Below are positions 39,192-47,650 of a stretch of DNA of 64,000 nucleotides, one piece after another. Source of the DNA: a virus; IMG/VR virus record IMGVR_UViG_3300031772_000001, positions 1 through 64,000 of that record; one strand, written 5' to 3'. The translations under genes and the position numbers were made by a program. The notes under the pieces were generated by a model. That model was not told the origin of the DNA, made no database searches, and saw only the letters and a program-made list of their open reading frames with translations. Every line of letters begins with the position of its first letter. Position 1 is the stretch's first letter.

Positions 39192-39512
39192 TTACTTTGA
39201 TCCCACTCTCTGCTTTCCGCACATAGGACAGAATTTTACACCGTTATCTGTTGCTGTACCTTCAGAAAAACACCACTTATCCCCACACTCCGTATCATAA
39301 GAGTCTGTTGTAGAGTCGTATATCCAATGACAAGTCTTCTTTGGCTTCGCACACACCTCTCCTTCCACTATGATCTCACCTCTTGGACGAACTGGAGGTG
39401 GAGGAGGTGGAGGAGGTGGAGGAGGTGGAGGAGGTGGAGGAGGTGCCGGAACTTTCTTCATTCGCTCCAATTTCTCTGGTGACGGTAAGGATCGTGGCGC
39501 GTTTGTAGTCAT
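39192..39512 (-). CDS. Poly-Pro (17 P) plus zinc-ribbon protein
   Basis: CCT/CCA codon run at 39393-39443; FCPMCGK. Confidence 0.65.
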   Translation of the reverse strand: MTTNAPRSLPSPEKLERMKKVPAPPPPPPPPPPPPPPPPPVRPRGEIIVEGEVCAKPKKTCHWIYDSTTDSYDTECGDKWCFSEGTATDNGVKFCPMCGKQRVGSK

Positions 39513-39934
39513 TTCTCACCCACTACCTTCAACAAATCATCCATTGTCTCTCTGTCAGCAACAACTACAAAAAGACGCAAAAGATGGTCTACAGCATCTT
39601 TAAGTTCTACCCACTTAGCTTTGAACTTAACATAAAACTTCTCTGGTAACTCATACTCAGAATAGTTAATCTGCTTTTGCATATCAAAAATCTTTGTCTT
39701 AACAACAGCTTCAACATCAGAAACAAGTGAAGGTGAAACTACTAAACGAACTCTTCTATTCCAATACTCTACCGCTTCCTTCTCAGAGTAAACCAACCCA
39801 CCACACGTAGCTCCACAATCACACTGCACTCGAAAATCACCAAGATCGTCAAGCTCCTCGTACATCTCAGGAGTACCGCCACAAAAAGGACAAGGCAGTA
39901 ACCCCTCTACTGGATGGTCTGTCTTAACACTCAT
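39509..39934 (-). CDS. Lar-family (restriction alleviation-like) zinc-ribbon protein
   Basis: LLPCPFCGG...VQCDCGA...EAVEYWNRR. Confidence 0.7.
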   Translation of the reverse strand: MSVKTDHPVEGLLPCPFCGGTPEMYEELDDLGDFRVQCDCGATCGGLVYSEKEAVEYWNRRVRLVVSPSLVSDVEAVVKTKIFDMQKQINYSEYELPEKFYVKFKAKWVELKDAVDHLLRLFVVVADRETMDDLLKVVGEK

Positions 39935-40714
39935 TGAAACTCCTTCCACACATAACCATGATTCTCTGTGTCAGGATCTACCTTCCACTTCTCATGTTCT
40001 AACCTACCATCATCCTGGTCTTCATTCTCTCTTATATCAGGCTCTTTACCTGCCCCATGAAGAAAATTCTCGTCATCCTCGTACCCCATATACTACGTTC
40101 TTTCTCTCTCAAAGGCACACAAGCAGTTTACATAAGACACTGAGTTATATCCTTTAGAACGAAATATCGGCCAGAACTTCTTACCATCAAACTCTGTTAT
40201 CTGTTTTATCTTCTTTGGTATGTGCAACTCCCCATACTTTTCACCTTTTGGTATAGGAACACCATTCACCTCACACTGAGTATACCTCACCGCTTTCATG
40301 TGCAAATAGCGACGTTCAAACTCCTGCTTAGGCATCTAACAGCATTCTCCTCCAACGCTCAAGTGCAGCTACGAATTCCTCTTTTTTATCTTTACCTCTT
40401 CCACAAGCAACATCTGTCCCGTTAATAAAAACCACTCCCCACGGGTCAACGTCAAATAATTCCATGACTCTCTTAATCAACTTTTCGGGGTCTGTTGGCA
40501 ATGCTTCAAAGTATGATTATCAAACATGTACCAATAATTTCTTTTTAGAGGACTCTTAGCCTTGCTAACCTCACGAATGAAAAACTTTGCCTGCTCAAGA
40601 CCTTTAATGAAAGAGTCCTGATCAATACCCTTTGGGGCCATATTAGCTTTACACCACTCAATTTCCTTATCTACAGCATCAAGATACTCCTGCATATTCT
40701 TCCTCCATTATTTC

Positions 40715-40918
40715 TCAACCTATAGTGTCAAGCCGTGTTTTGGGCTTTAGCTGTTGTACGAAGTGGCGCAAATTCCGCAGTGTCCGCCACGCCTTATCCA
40801 ACAGCGTGTACCAATGATAAACTATGAATGCACGCGGGAATCCTGACCAGAAATGCCACTTACCGCAATACGGATAGTTACAGAACGATTTACTTTCAAT
40901 AATGAAACCTCTCCACAT
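40715..40918 (-). CDS. Cassette ORF 1, hypothetical
   Basis: Crosses the core at FVQQLK. Confidence 0.5.
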   Translation of the reverse strand: MWRGFIIESKSFCNYPYCGKWHFWSGFPRAFIVYHWYTLLDKAWRTLRNLRHFVQQLKPKTRLDTIG

Positions 40919-40977
40919 AAACTTCTACTTTCCGGCGCGGCCTATAAATTCAGGCTTTGCGCCATTTTGTACAACGT

Positions 40978-41214
40978 CTACGCAATGGGCGATAGTTTGC
41001 CCCTACAATTACACTGGCCTACCACGACCACATGTATGCCATCGGTGTCCTCAAAATAATGAGGGCAAATTTCGGCCCTTGCGGTGTTGGGTGCCGGTTT
41101 GTCAACCACCACGCGGTTGGCCGCGCTCCAACCGATCTCCGCACTCACCATATCTATCTGATAATCACCAGGCCCTTGCGTCTTCCACCACTCACGGAAT
41201 GTCTTCGCGGCCAT
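40978..41214 (-). CDS. Cassette ORF 2, hypothetical
   Basis: GGAGG RBS; MAAKTFREWW; crosses the core at APNTA. Confidence 0.65.
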   Translation of the reverse strand: MAAKTFREWWKTQGPGDYQIDMVSAEIGWSAANRVVVDKPAPNTARAEICPHYFEDTDGIHVVVVGQCNCRGKLSPIA

Positions 41215-41270
41215 ATCACCTCCAAAGTTGACAAACTGGCATCCCAACGTCTTGCGAAACGTGCGCCGTG

Positions 41271-41486
41271 CTACAGATTATAGTGGCACACCATACACGC
41301 TTCGCCGAGCGAATACCGCCCTGCACGCTCACCACAGTTCGGACATGGCGCACTTTTGCTGTTGGTTGTCTGTTGAGCGAGTACAGCGGTTTTCAGAGTT
41401 TGCCATGCTTCATCCGCAAGAACGACATTACCTACATGTATAGCACAATTTTTCTCGATAGCATCAATAGCCTCGATTGGCGTCAT
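41271..41486 (-). CDS. Cassette ORF 3, C-terminal zinc ribbon
   Basis: AGGAG RBS; crosses the core at TTNSK; CPNCG..CMVC. Confidence 0.65.
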   Translation of the reverse strand: MTPIEAIDAIEKNCAIHVGNVVLADEAWQTLKTAVLAQQTTNSKSAPCPNCGERAGRYSLGEACMVCHYNL

Positions 41487-41555
41487 GGCATACTCCTATA
41501 ATAAATTTTAGAGCGAAATTGCAAACAACGTTCCGGCAAATTGCCGAAGTGTGCA

Positions 41556-41780
41556 TCACATTTTGGCATTTGCCTGTTGTGTGCTGTTTTTTGCGCCACC
41601 GCTGCTTTCAGAGGTTGGCGGGGATGGAACGAGCATCCAATGCGTTATTTTGCAATTATACTCGCAATGGCCAGCAATAAAATCCTGTGCGTGAATAGTC
41701 TCGATACTGCCGTTGTCAAAATGAACTAATATCGGGCCATCGTAATCCGGGACAACACCTTCACCTTTTTTGTACCACAT
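41556..41780 (-). CDS. Cassette ORF 4, DUF551-like
   Basis: GGAGG RBS; ITHWMLVPSPP; crosses the core at STQQA. Confidence 0.65.
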   Translation of the reverse strand: MWYKKGEGVVPDYDGPILVHFDNGSIETIHAQDFIAGHCEYNCKITHWMLVPSPPTSESSGGAKNSTQQANAKM

Positions 41781-41832
41781 AGCCAACCTCCTATAATTTG
41801 AAAGCGCAAAAAATTGCATACAACGTTTTGCT

Positions 41833-42090
41833 CTATTGCGACGTGCGTGACAACCACTTGTCAACCTTATTACGGTAGCACTCCGAACAACGCGGAGATT
41901 TGGTCCGCACAAAAACGCACTCTCCGCATGGCGTAATAGCGCTGTTGGGTGCCGTGGAATGAGCATCCGCCAGATAGTGGCCACAGTCGCTGCACAAAGA
42001 ATAGTTGCTGTCCCGAACTATGCATACATCTCGCTTAATGCAATCAAGTTTTTTGTGGCCACCTATAACCTCCAAGCGAATGAATGGCAT
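41833..42090 (-). CDS. Cassette ORF 5, Cys-rich hypothetical (start uncertain)
   Basis: Crosses the core at APNSA. Confidence 0.5.
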   Translation of the reverse strand: MPFIRLEVIGGHKKLDCIKRDVCIVRDSNYSLCSDCGHYLADAHSTAPNSAITPCGECVFVRTKSPRCSECYRNKVDKWLSRTSQ

Positions 42091-42104
42091 CCCAACGATC
42101 CGCG

Positions 42105-42329
42105 CTACTGGTTCCGTTGCTCGATCTCACGCAGAAAATCACAAAACCTCATTTTTTGCGCATCAGACCGAGAAGAAGACAATGCCAGTTTGCGCACGAG
42201 AGCAATGGCATCTATAGCGCTGTTGGGTGCCGTTGTTGACAATTCCTCCGGTTTGGAGGCGCAGCGATCGCACGAACCTGCCGGTATGCCGTGCTGACAC
42301 CACCCGTTGAGCAATACGCTATCATTCAT
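42105..42329 (-). CDS. Cassette ORF 6, hypothetical
   Basis: GGAGG RBS; crosses the core at APNSA. Confidence 0.65.
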   Translation of the reverse strand: MNDSVLLNGWCQHGIPAGSCDRCASKPEELSTTAPNSAIDAIALVRKLALSSSRSDAQKMRFCDFLREIEQRNQ

Positions 42330-42396
42330 TTTGCGCCTCCTCGGCATATCGACTTGTCAACTATGGCATCCCAACGTCCGAGCAATGTACGCAGTG

Positions 42397-42609
42397 CTAC
42401 TGCTTGTGACAAATCGGAACTCCGGTACAGCAACAACTTTTGATAGGATACTTGCAGCTCGCATACAGAGAGCATTGCGTACTTGCTTTGTTGGTGGATG
42501 TAAATCTTTCCACCATAGCGTTCTGTGCGGCATTCCAGACGTTGCTATACTTCTCCATATCTCCGCCGCCGCCAACGTTGCTCCACCACTGCTCAAATGT
42601 CATTTCCAT
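42397..42609 (-). CDS. Cassette ORF 7, hypothetical
   Basis: MEMTFEQWW; crosses the core at STNKA. Confidence 0.65.
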   Translation of the reverse strand: MEMTFEQWWSNVGGGGDMEKYSNVWNAAQNAMVERFTSTNKASTQCSLYASCKYPIKSCCCTGVPICHKQ

Positions 42610-42672
42610 GCCGCACCTACAATTCCAAAGAAAGGTTTATTTCCACCAACGTTTGCGCAACAGCCGAAGCCG

Positions 42673-42936
42673 CTACGCCCCCTTGCTACGCTTACGCGGT
42701 TTTGGCTTTGCGCTGTTGTTTGTTGTTGCCGTGCGCTCAACTGCTTTCTGCGCGGCGGCGATTTCGCTACGTAACGATTCAATAGCTTTGTCAACGCCGT
42801 GACCAAGGTTGTCCTTTAACATACTGTCGAAAAGCATAGAATACACTTGGTCGGTGATAATGTTTTCGGCGTTGACATAAGGATATCCAAACTCACGCAT
42901 ATTGCGGATAGCCGCAGAAATCAATTTATCTCGCAT
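42673..42936 (-). CDS. Cassette ORF 8, hypothetical
   Basis: AAGGA RBS; MRDKLISAAIRNMREFGYP; crosses the core at TNNSA. Confidence 0.65.
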   Translation of the reverse strand: MRDKLISAAIRNMREFGYPYVNAENIITDQVYSMLFDSMLKDNLGHGVDKAIESLRSEIAAAQKAVERTATTNNSAKPKPRKRSKGA

Positions 42937-42987
42937 ACATTCCTTTCCGCCGCGCCTATAATATGGTCGCACGGCAATTGCAAACAA

Positions 42988-43275
42988 CTACCTCAATAAC
43001 GCACTCTCAAACCGTAGACATTTCTCTTTTTCTCTCCTTAATTCCTTTACTTCCCGAAACTTACTTGCATTATCAACCTCTAACCAAGTAACCCTCTGTT
43101 GTAACCTGTCAATCTCTTTTCTTAACCAAGCAACCGCATCCGAAGTACCATTACGCTTATTATCCTTACTCTCACTCTCATTCTCACTTGTAAGTCTTTT
43201 TGCAATTCCGAGTAACCAAGTGTTATCCCTGAGATACACACGCGAATTTACAACAACATCAATGCCCCGCACCAC
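42988..43275 (-). CDS. Hypothetical coiled-coil protein
   Basis: Its TAG stop overlaps the first GTTG of the cassette array. Confidence 0.55.
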   Translation of the reverse strand: MVRGIDVVVNSRVYLRDNTWLLGIAKRLTSENESESKDNKRNGTSDAVAWLRKEIDRLQQRVTWLEVDNASKFREVKELRREKEKCLRFESALLR

Positions 43276-43477
43276 AAACCTCTTTCAATTCAACTCTCTT
43301 ATTCCATTGCGTCAAGGCAGGATAATGCATAACAACCCCACATCCACTACACTTCACAACCTGCTCATTCCCTACATCATTCTGTATCGACTCCCAATCT
43401 ATATACGCTTTCCCGCCACAAAAAGGACATGGAAGTAACTTCTTCTTGTCTCTATCGTTAATTAAACCTTCCCACAT
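43259..43477 (-). CDS. Second Lar-like zinc-ribbon protein
   Basis: LLPCPFCGGKA...KCSGCG...QWNKR. Confidence 0.65.
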   Translation of the reverse strand: MWEGLINDRDKKKLLPCPFCGGKAYIDWESIQNDVGNEQVVKCSGCGVVMHYPALTQWNKRVELKEVCGAGH

Positions 43478-43871
43478 TTCAACCTCACAAAATAAAACAC
43501 TACCCACCATAATGACAATGATGACAGCAGTACCCGTTCTTTACAAGATGGTCACACTTAGGACACCTGTGGGTCACTACCCAAACTCTATAGTCAGCAT
43601 TATCCCTAAGAAGCTGATCAACCTGAAGTTCAAGACTCTCAATTCTGGTATCCTTTGACTGTCCCGGCAAACACTCAGCCATACCTATCAGCCTTTTATC
43701 TTACTTTTAGATAAATACTCAGCTACTTCACGCCTTTCAGCCTCAAACTCTTCTCGCTCACTCAAATCAAAAACCTTGATCCCGTCCCGCGTCATTATTC
43801 TATACCCCTGACCAGCAGGACAAGACACGTCCTCCCAACCTATTTTACGTTTTTCAATCATACTTTATACA

Positions 43872-44129
43872 CTACAACGAAACGGCTAACAGTTGCCGCA
43901 GCTTATTAACTACATAAGGTATAAAAATTTCACTCTCATTTTCATAAATACCAGAAAGCTCATTCATGTAAGCGGCAATTTCATCTCGTAGATGTTTCAG
44001 GGTATTCTCTTTGTCTTCTACCAACTCAAGCATCACACATTTTGCCTCTTCCAACATAGGGTTTGGCGCGTGATGCTCAATCAAAGTTGTAATAACAGAC
44101 AGTGCCTCTTCTTTTGTCATCCGGCTCAT
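43872..44129 (-). CDS. Hypothetical protein, possibly a decayed cassette ORF
   Basis: Ends within a degenerate CAAC...GTT hairpin. Confidence 0.55.
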   Translation of the reverse strand: MSRMTKEEALSVITTLIEHHAPNPMLEEAKCVMLELVEDKENTLKHLRDEIAAYMNELSGIYENESEIFIPYVVNKLRQLLAVSL

Positions 44130-44172
44130 ACAACCCTGCCTTTCATTGGTTTTACTTACAGCATCCTATATG

Positions 44173-44520
44173 TCAATGATAATCCTTCTCATCCTGCTCC
44201 CATCCATCCTCAGACCTCAACTCACTTTCCTCCACACCCAACGCCTCAGCCGCTTCCTCGTATCCCCAAGGGTATTGATCTTGCCTGTACCGCACACCCC
44301 CACGTCTTTCCAACCCATGCTTAAATACCCTCGAAATAAACTTCTCCCCCGATGCACCTTCTACCAGTGCAAAATACACAAAATGCCCTACGTCCAGTTT
44401 TACCCGGTATCCTGTCCTCCATTGAAGCTGGTGTGATTGTATTGCATCAACCTCAGATGTACCTTCATACTCAAGCCACTCAGACAAATCAGGCTTCACA
44501 TACCTGAATTTGAAAATCAT
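44173..44520 (-). CDS. Hypothetical protein
   Basis: ORF with a G-rich RBS. Confidence 0.6.
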   Translation of the reverse strand: MIFKFRYVKPDLSEWLEYEGTSEVDAIQSHQLQWRTGYRVKLDVGHFVYFALVEGASGEKFISRVFKHGLERRGGVRYRQDQYPWGYEEAAEALGVEESELRSEDGWEQDEKDYH

Positions 44521-44548
44521 ACTTACACCCCATCCTACTCATATACCA

Positions 44549-44851
44549 TCACGCATCCGTAACTTCAACTCCAGGAAATGCCTCAACAAATTCTACGCGC
44601 CGCTCGGTCAGATTTTCCCAGAACGTCACCGCCTCATCTACACACAACGGCTCTATGCGGTCCTGTTCGCCCTGCCATTTCGTCAGATGCACCGCGAAAT
44701 ATCCACCCTTGAATGTACGATACAGGAAAGTCTGCCGTCCGTGCCGCTCGAAGTTGTGGCCGTCCCAATAGTCATTCCCGGCGATCAACGTAGCAGATTC
44801 AGTGTTGTACTTCTTGCGGTCGATAATCTCGGTCATGGATACTGGCTTCAT
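44549..44851 (-). CDS. Conserved phage hypothetical (early) protein
   Basis: KKYNTESATLIA...LYRTFKGGYF; directly downstream of a promoter. Confidence 0.7.
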   Translation of the reverse strand: MKPVSMTEIIDRKKYNTESATLIAGNDYWDGHNFERHGRQTFLYRTFKGGYFAVHLTKWQGEQDRIEPLCVDEAVTFWENLTERRVEFVEAFPGVEVTDA

Positions 44852-44934
44852 ACTCGGTACTCCTTTGGGGTCTTTGCCCCGGTTTGTGTGTGGTCTGTGC
44901 CACTATGCTACTACAACATCAGAATCAAAAATCT

Positions 44935-44977
44935 TGTCTTACACCTCTAATATACTAAACATAATCAGCAAAGTCAA
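44935..44977 (-). promoter_or_regulatory. Sigma70-type early promoter, copy 1
   Basis: TTGACT-17nt-TATATT-AGAGGTGTAAGACA; AT-rich upstream. Confidence 0.8.
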
Positions 44978-45130
44978 CAGAAAAATAAATTAAATTAAAT
45001 CTACGAAGCCACAACACCCCTATCAGTATCAGTCGCCTCTACACCCGACGGGATCTCAGATCATTTTGTAAATAATCCTCAAACAGATCCAACTTCCAAT
45101 CATTTTCTGGTGATAATTCTTCATCTTTTC

Positions 45131-45343
45131 TTACCTGTGGCAATGCGTATTCATCCACTTCGCCGTATCCACCCACCCTTCAACAGTCATACTGGTAAGG
45201 TATAGGGTAAACACAGATGTCTCTGTCCACTTCTCAGTCACCCCACCCGCGAAATACCAGTATCCCTGCCCCTTTACCACCTCTACCCCACGAAACCCTG
45301 CTTTCTGGAGTGCGAGATTCACCTTTTTTACAGTTGTACGCAT
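45131..45343 (-). CDS. Small early hypothetical protein
   Basis: Downstream of promoter copy 2. Confidence 0.65.
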   Translation of the reverse strand: MRTTVKKVNLALQKAGFRGVEVVKGQGYWYFAGGVTEKWTETSVFTLYLTSMTVEGWVDTAKWMNTHCHR

Positions 45344-45384
45344 CCCGGTCCCCTAATTCTTTTGAATTCTCTATCGAGCAAGCC

Positions 45385-45591
45385 CTAATAGTCTAATTGC
45401 CAATTCTGTGCGGCCTCGTAAGCTGCCCCACCATCACGCTCAACATCACGCTCAACATCACGCTCAACACTTTCCTTAGCAATCAGTGAGGAATACCAGT
45501 TGGCTTCTGCCTCAGTCTCAAACCGAACAACCGTCCCATCATCAAATCGAACATACCATCCAGACTGTTCCTGCTTAACAACACTTTTCAT
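45385..45591 (-). CDS. Small early hypothetical protein with a 12-bp x3 repeat (VERD)
   Basis: AAGGAGG RBS; CATCACGCTCAA x3 at 45432-45467. Confidence 0.65.
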   Translation of the reverse strand: MKSVVKQEQSGWYVRFDDGTVVRFETEAEANWYSSLIAKESVERDVERDVERDGGAAYEAAQNWQLDY

Positions 45592-45641
45592 TCTCTACCT
45601 CCTTAGTCTTATCAACTCTATCTTATCTTTTTTCTCTCCCC

Positions 45642-45684
45642 TGTCTTACACCTCTAATATACGCTATTTCGCCGGTAAAGTCAA
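45642..45684 (-). promoter_or_regulatory. Sigma70-type early promoter, copy 2
   Basis: TTGACT-17nt-TATATT-AGAGGTGTAAGACA; -10 to +1 region identical to copy 1. Confidence 0.8.
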
Positions 45685-45845
45685 GTTATTTCTAATAAAA
45701 ATGCAAGTAATCCTCGCTGTTTACTGCAAATAGCAACAACATCAATGAGTTACAGAGTTATTTTTTGTGGTTTTGCCGTATTTTTGAGCTATGTCCAATG
45801 ATCTTACACCATCTTTCTGCATTACATCACATATTACTGCCCTTA

Positions 45846-46118
45846 TTACTTCTTGTCTACATCACCATCAGCTTCCTTAATAACATCCTCCAAATCCTCA
45901 CCCTCTACATCTGAAATAACATCATCTGAATCCTCCACCGGCAACGGCTCATCAAACGCTACCGCAAATGCAATATCTACCGCCTCCTCTATACACCCCA
46001 ACATCTCATAGTAATACCCCGTGTGCCGCTTGACAAACCCCGTTACATCTACCCACTTGTCAAACCTGTGACACGCCTCCCGCTTCGCATACTCTACTTC
46101 CCCACGCTTACATCCCAT
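45846..46118 (-). CDS. Hypothetical protein
   Basis: ORF with RBS. Confidence 0.6.
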   Translation of the reverse strand: MGCKRGEVEYAKREACHRFDKWVDVTGFVKRHTGYYYEMLGCIEEAVDIAFAVAFDEPLPVEDSDDVISDVEGEDLEDVIKEADGDVDKK

Positions 46119-46156
46119 ACAATACCCCCCTATGATACCTGATCAACGCTACATCA

Positions 46157-46192
46157 ACGGTAATCTGATTGACGGTAATCTGATTGACGGTA
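46157..46192. repeat. 15-bp intergenic tandem repeat (~2.4 copies)
   Basis: ACGGTAATCTGATTG x2 plus ACGGTA. Confidence 0.85.
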
Positions 46193-46318
46193 GTTTTTAT
46201 CAAAAATCAACATTTTTTGACACTAGACGCCCCACCGTTTTTACGACCCCCGCCAACAGGCCCCATAGGGTAAGTCGTCAAGTATATTTTTGAAAAAGAA
46301 TAGAAGAACTGTCTACCC

Positions 46319-46648
46319 TTACCGTTCCCCCACCGTAGCATCAACAAGACACTCCCTTATACACTCTTCAGGATGATAACCTATCACCCTATCTACCTGC
46401 CTACCCTCTTTGTAAATCACCAATGTAGGCACTGCTGTTATGTGATGTAACTTAGCTTGTTCAAAAAACCCTTCGTGATCCTCTACATTTACTTTATAGA
46501 ATTGAATTGAAGGAAACTCTTTTTCAAACCCCTCTATTATAGGGAGAACTTTATTACAAGGAGCACACCATCCTGCATGAAACAAGATCGCCACAATACC
46601 CTCACCATGTGTCACCTCATCATACTGCAACTCTTTTAATAATCTCAT
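46319..46648 (-). CDS. Thioredoxin
   Basis: FHAGWCAPC; FYKVNVE; ITAVPTL. Confidence 0.9.
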   Translation of the reverse strand: MRLLKELQYDEVTHGEGIVAILFHAGWCAPCNKVLPIIEGFEKEFPSIQFYKVNVEDHEGFFEQAKLHHITAVPTLVIYKEGRQVDRVIGYHPEECIRECLVDATVGER

Positions 46649-47310
46649 GGTGTCACCTTCCTTACTTCCTTCTTGTGTTCCTTACTTTCAGCCTTCTTGC
46701 CAAACATGTGTGTGGACATCAAATCCGCGCCATGTATCAAAGCTGAAAACTTTGTCATCCCACTACCATCACTCATATAACTGTACGGGCTTGACAAGTT
46801 ACAAGACCAACCTCCGTGATGGTGTGCAACCGCTTCTATTTGAGTGTCACTTAAAATTATCCCATGTAAAGCACAAAGCTGAGTTACCTTTGCACTTTCA
46901 TCAGGATATGTAATACCGTCTGCTACTTCCCAAATCTGTCCACCATATTTTGCTTGCCTTCTGTAATCACCCTCCGGCATATCCTTGTACCTGTATAATT
47001 TGTCAAGATCATGCACATAAGCCACAAGTATTACATCGTCCAATGTAAAATCAATAGGATTAACTGCAAGTTTTTCACAATAGGCTGTTACATTATAGTA
47101 ACTCTGAATCGCCAACATCATCACTTCCTTTACATGATCCACATACCCACCTACCCAAGCGTGATGATGCCGCTTTGACGCGGGCCAATAAATAATCCGA
47201 TCCTTCAAACTAGAATGCATCAACGGCAAACTCTCCCTCAACTCCTGATCTAAAATCATGTTGAGCATCTGCGTAATCTGATCGTAACTACTCAGTACCG
47301 TATCTGACAT
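46645..47310 (-). CDS. HD-domain phosphohydrolase (YhaM-like)
   Basis: HHHAWVGGYVDH...VHDLDK...AHHHG...IHGADL. Confidence 0.8.
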   Translation of the reverse strand: MSDTVLSSYDQITQMLNMILDQELRESLPLMHSSLKDRIIYWPASKRHHHAWVGGYVDHVKEVMMLAIQSYYNVTAYCEKLAVNPIDFTLDDVILVAYVHDLDKLYRYKDMPEGDYRRQAKYGGQIWEVADGITYPDESAKVTQLCALHGIILSDTQIEAVAHHHGGWSCNLSSPYSYMSDGSGMTKFSALIHGADLMSTHMFGKKAESKEHKKEVRKVTP

Positions 47311-47324
47311 CTGAAACCCCCTTA

Positions 47325-47525
47325 TTACTTTTGATTCAGTTTAAGATAATCCCTGCACTGCAACAACGCCCCAATCAACTCCTCAAATGTCAGACTGTCT
47401 ACAATCTCATCCTCAATGTTGTGCTTATTATCCCTAATCAACTGCTGATAACAAAACTCCAAAGTAACCTTCACCGGCTCCTTTGGACGATAACTCTCAA
47501 GTTCAACCTGACTCCTATCCCTCAT
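47325..47525 (-). CDS. Hypothetical protein
   Basis: GAGGGGG RBS before MRDRSQ. Confidence 0.6.
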   Translation of the reverse strand: MRDRSQVELESYRPKEPVKVTLEFCYQQLIRDNKHNIEDEIVDSLTFEELIGALLQCRDYLKLNQK

Positions 47526-47551
47526 AGAACCCCCCTCAGTTTTTGAACAAA

Positions 47552-47650
47552 GGCGCGGATCAATGGGCGGCTCCACTCAGTACCCCGTAAAAGGATAAAC
47601 GGGGCACACTAGGGTTGCTTCCGCTTCACCCACCCCCACCAACCCGCGCC
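47552..47650 (-). ncRNA. Candidate structured ncRNA (three-way junction)
   Basis: 16-bp closing stem with four G-U pairs on the minus strand; inner GGGT..GC-GGAA-GC..ACCC and GTGCCCCGT..ACGGGGTAC hairpins. Confidence 0.55.

Larger units (their letters stand above)
40753..42988 (-). mobile_element. Integron-like gene cassette array: 8 cassette bodies and 7 attC-like sites, no integrase in the window
   Basis: CAAC...GTTG imperfect hairpins at 40972-41089, 41245-41364, 41526-41579, 41821-41947, 42093-42225, 42372-42493, 42647-42718; visibly GC-richer than its flanks. Confidence 0.8.

Noticed and set aside
40753-42988. Diversity-generating retroelement or MITE cluster
   Set aside because: There is no reverse transcriptase or template/variable repeat pair, the inverted repeats differ between units, and no target-site duplications are evident.
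47552-47650. SRP RNA or a known riboswitch
   Set aside because: It has a GGAA loop but lacks the CAGG/AGCAG internal-loop motif of SRP, and no riboswitch consensus was recognised.
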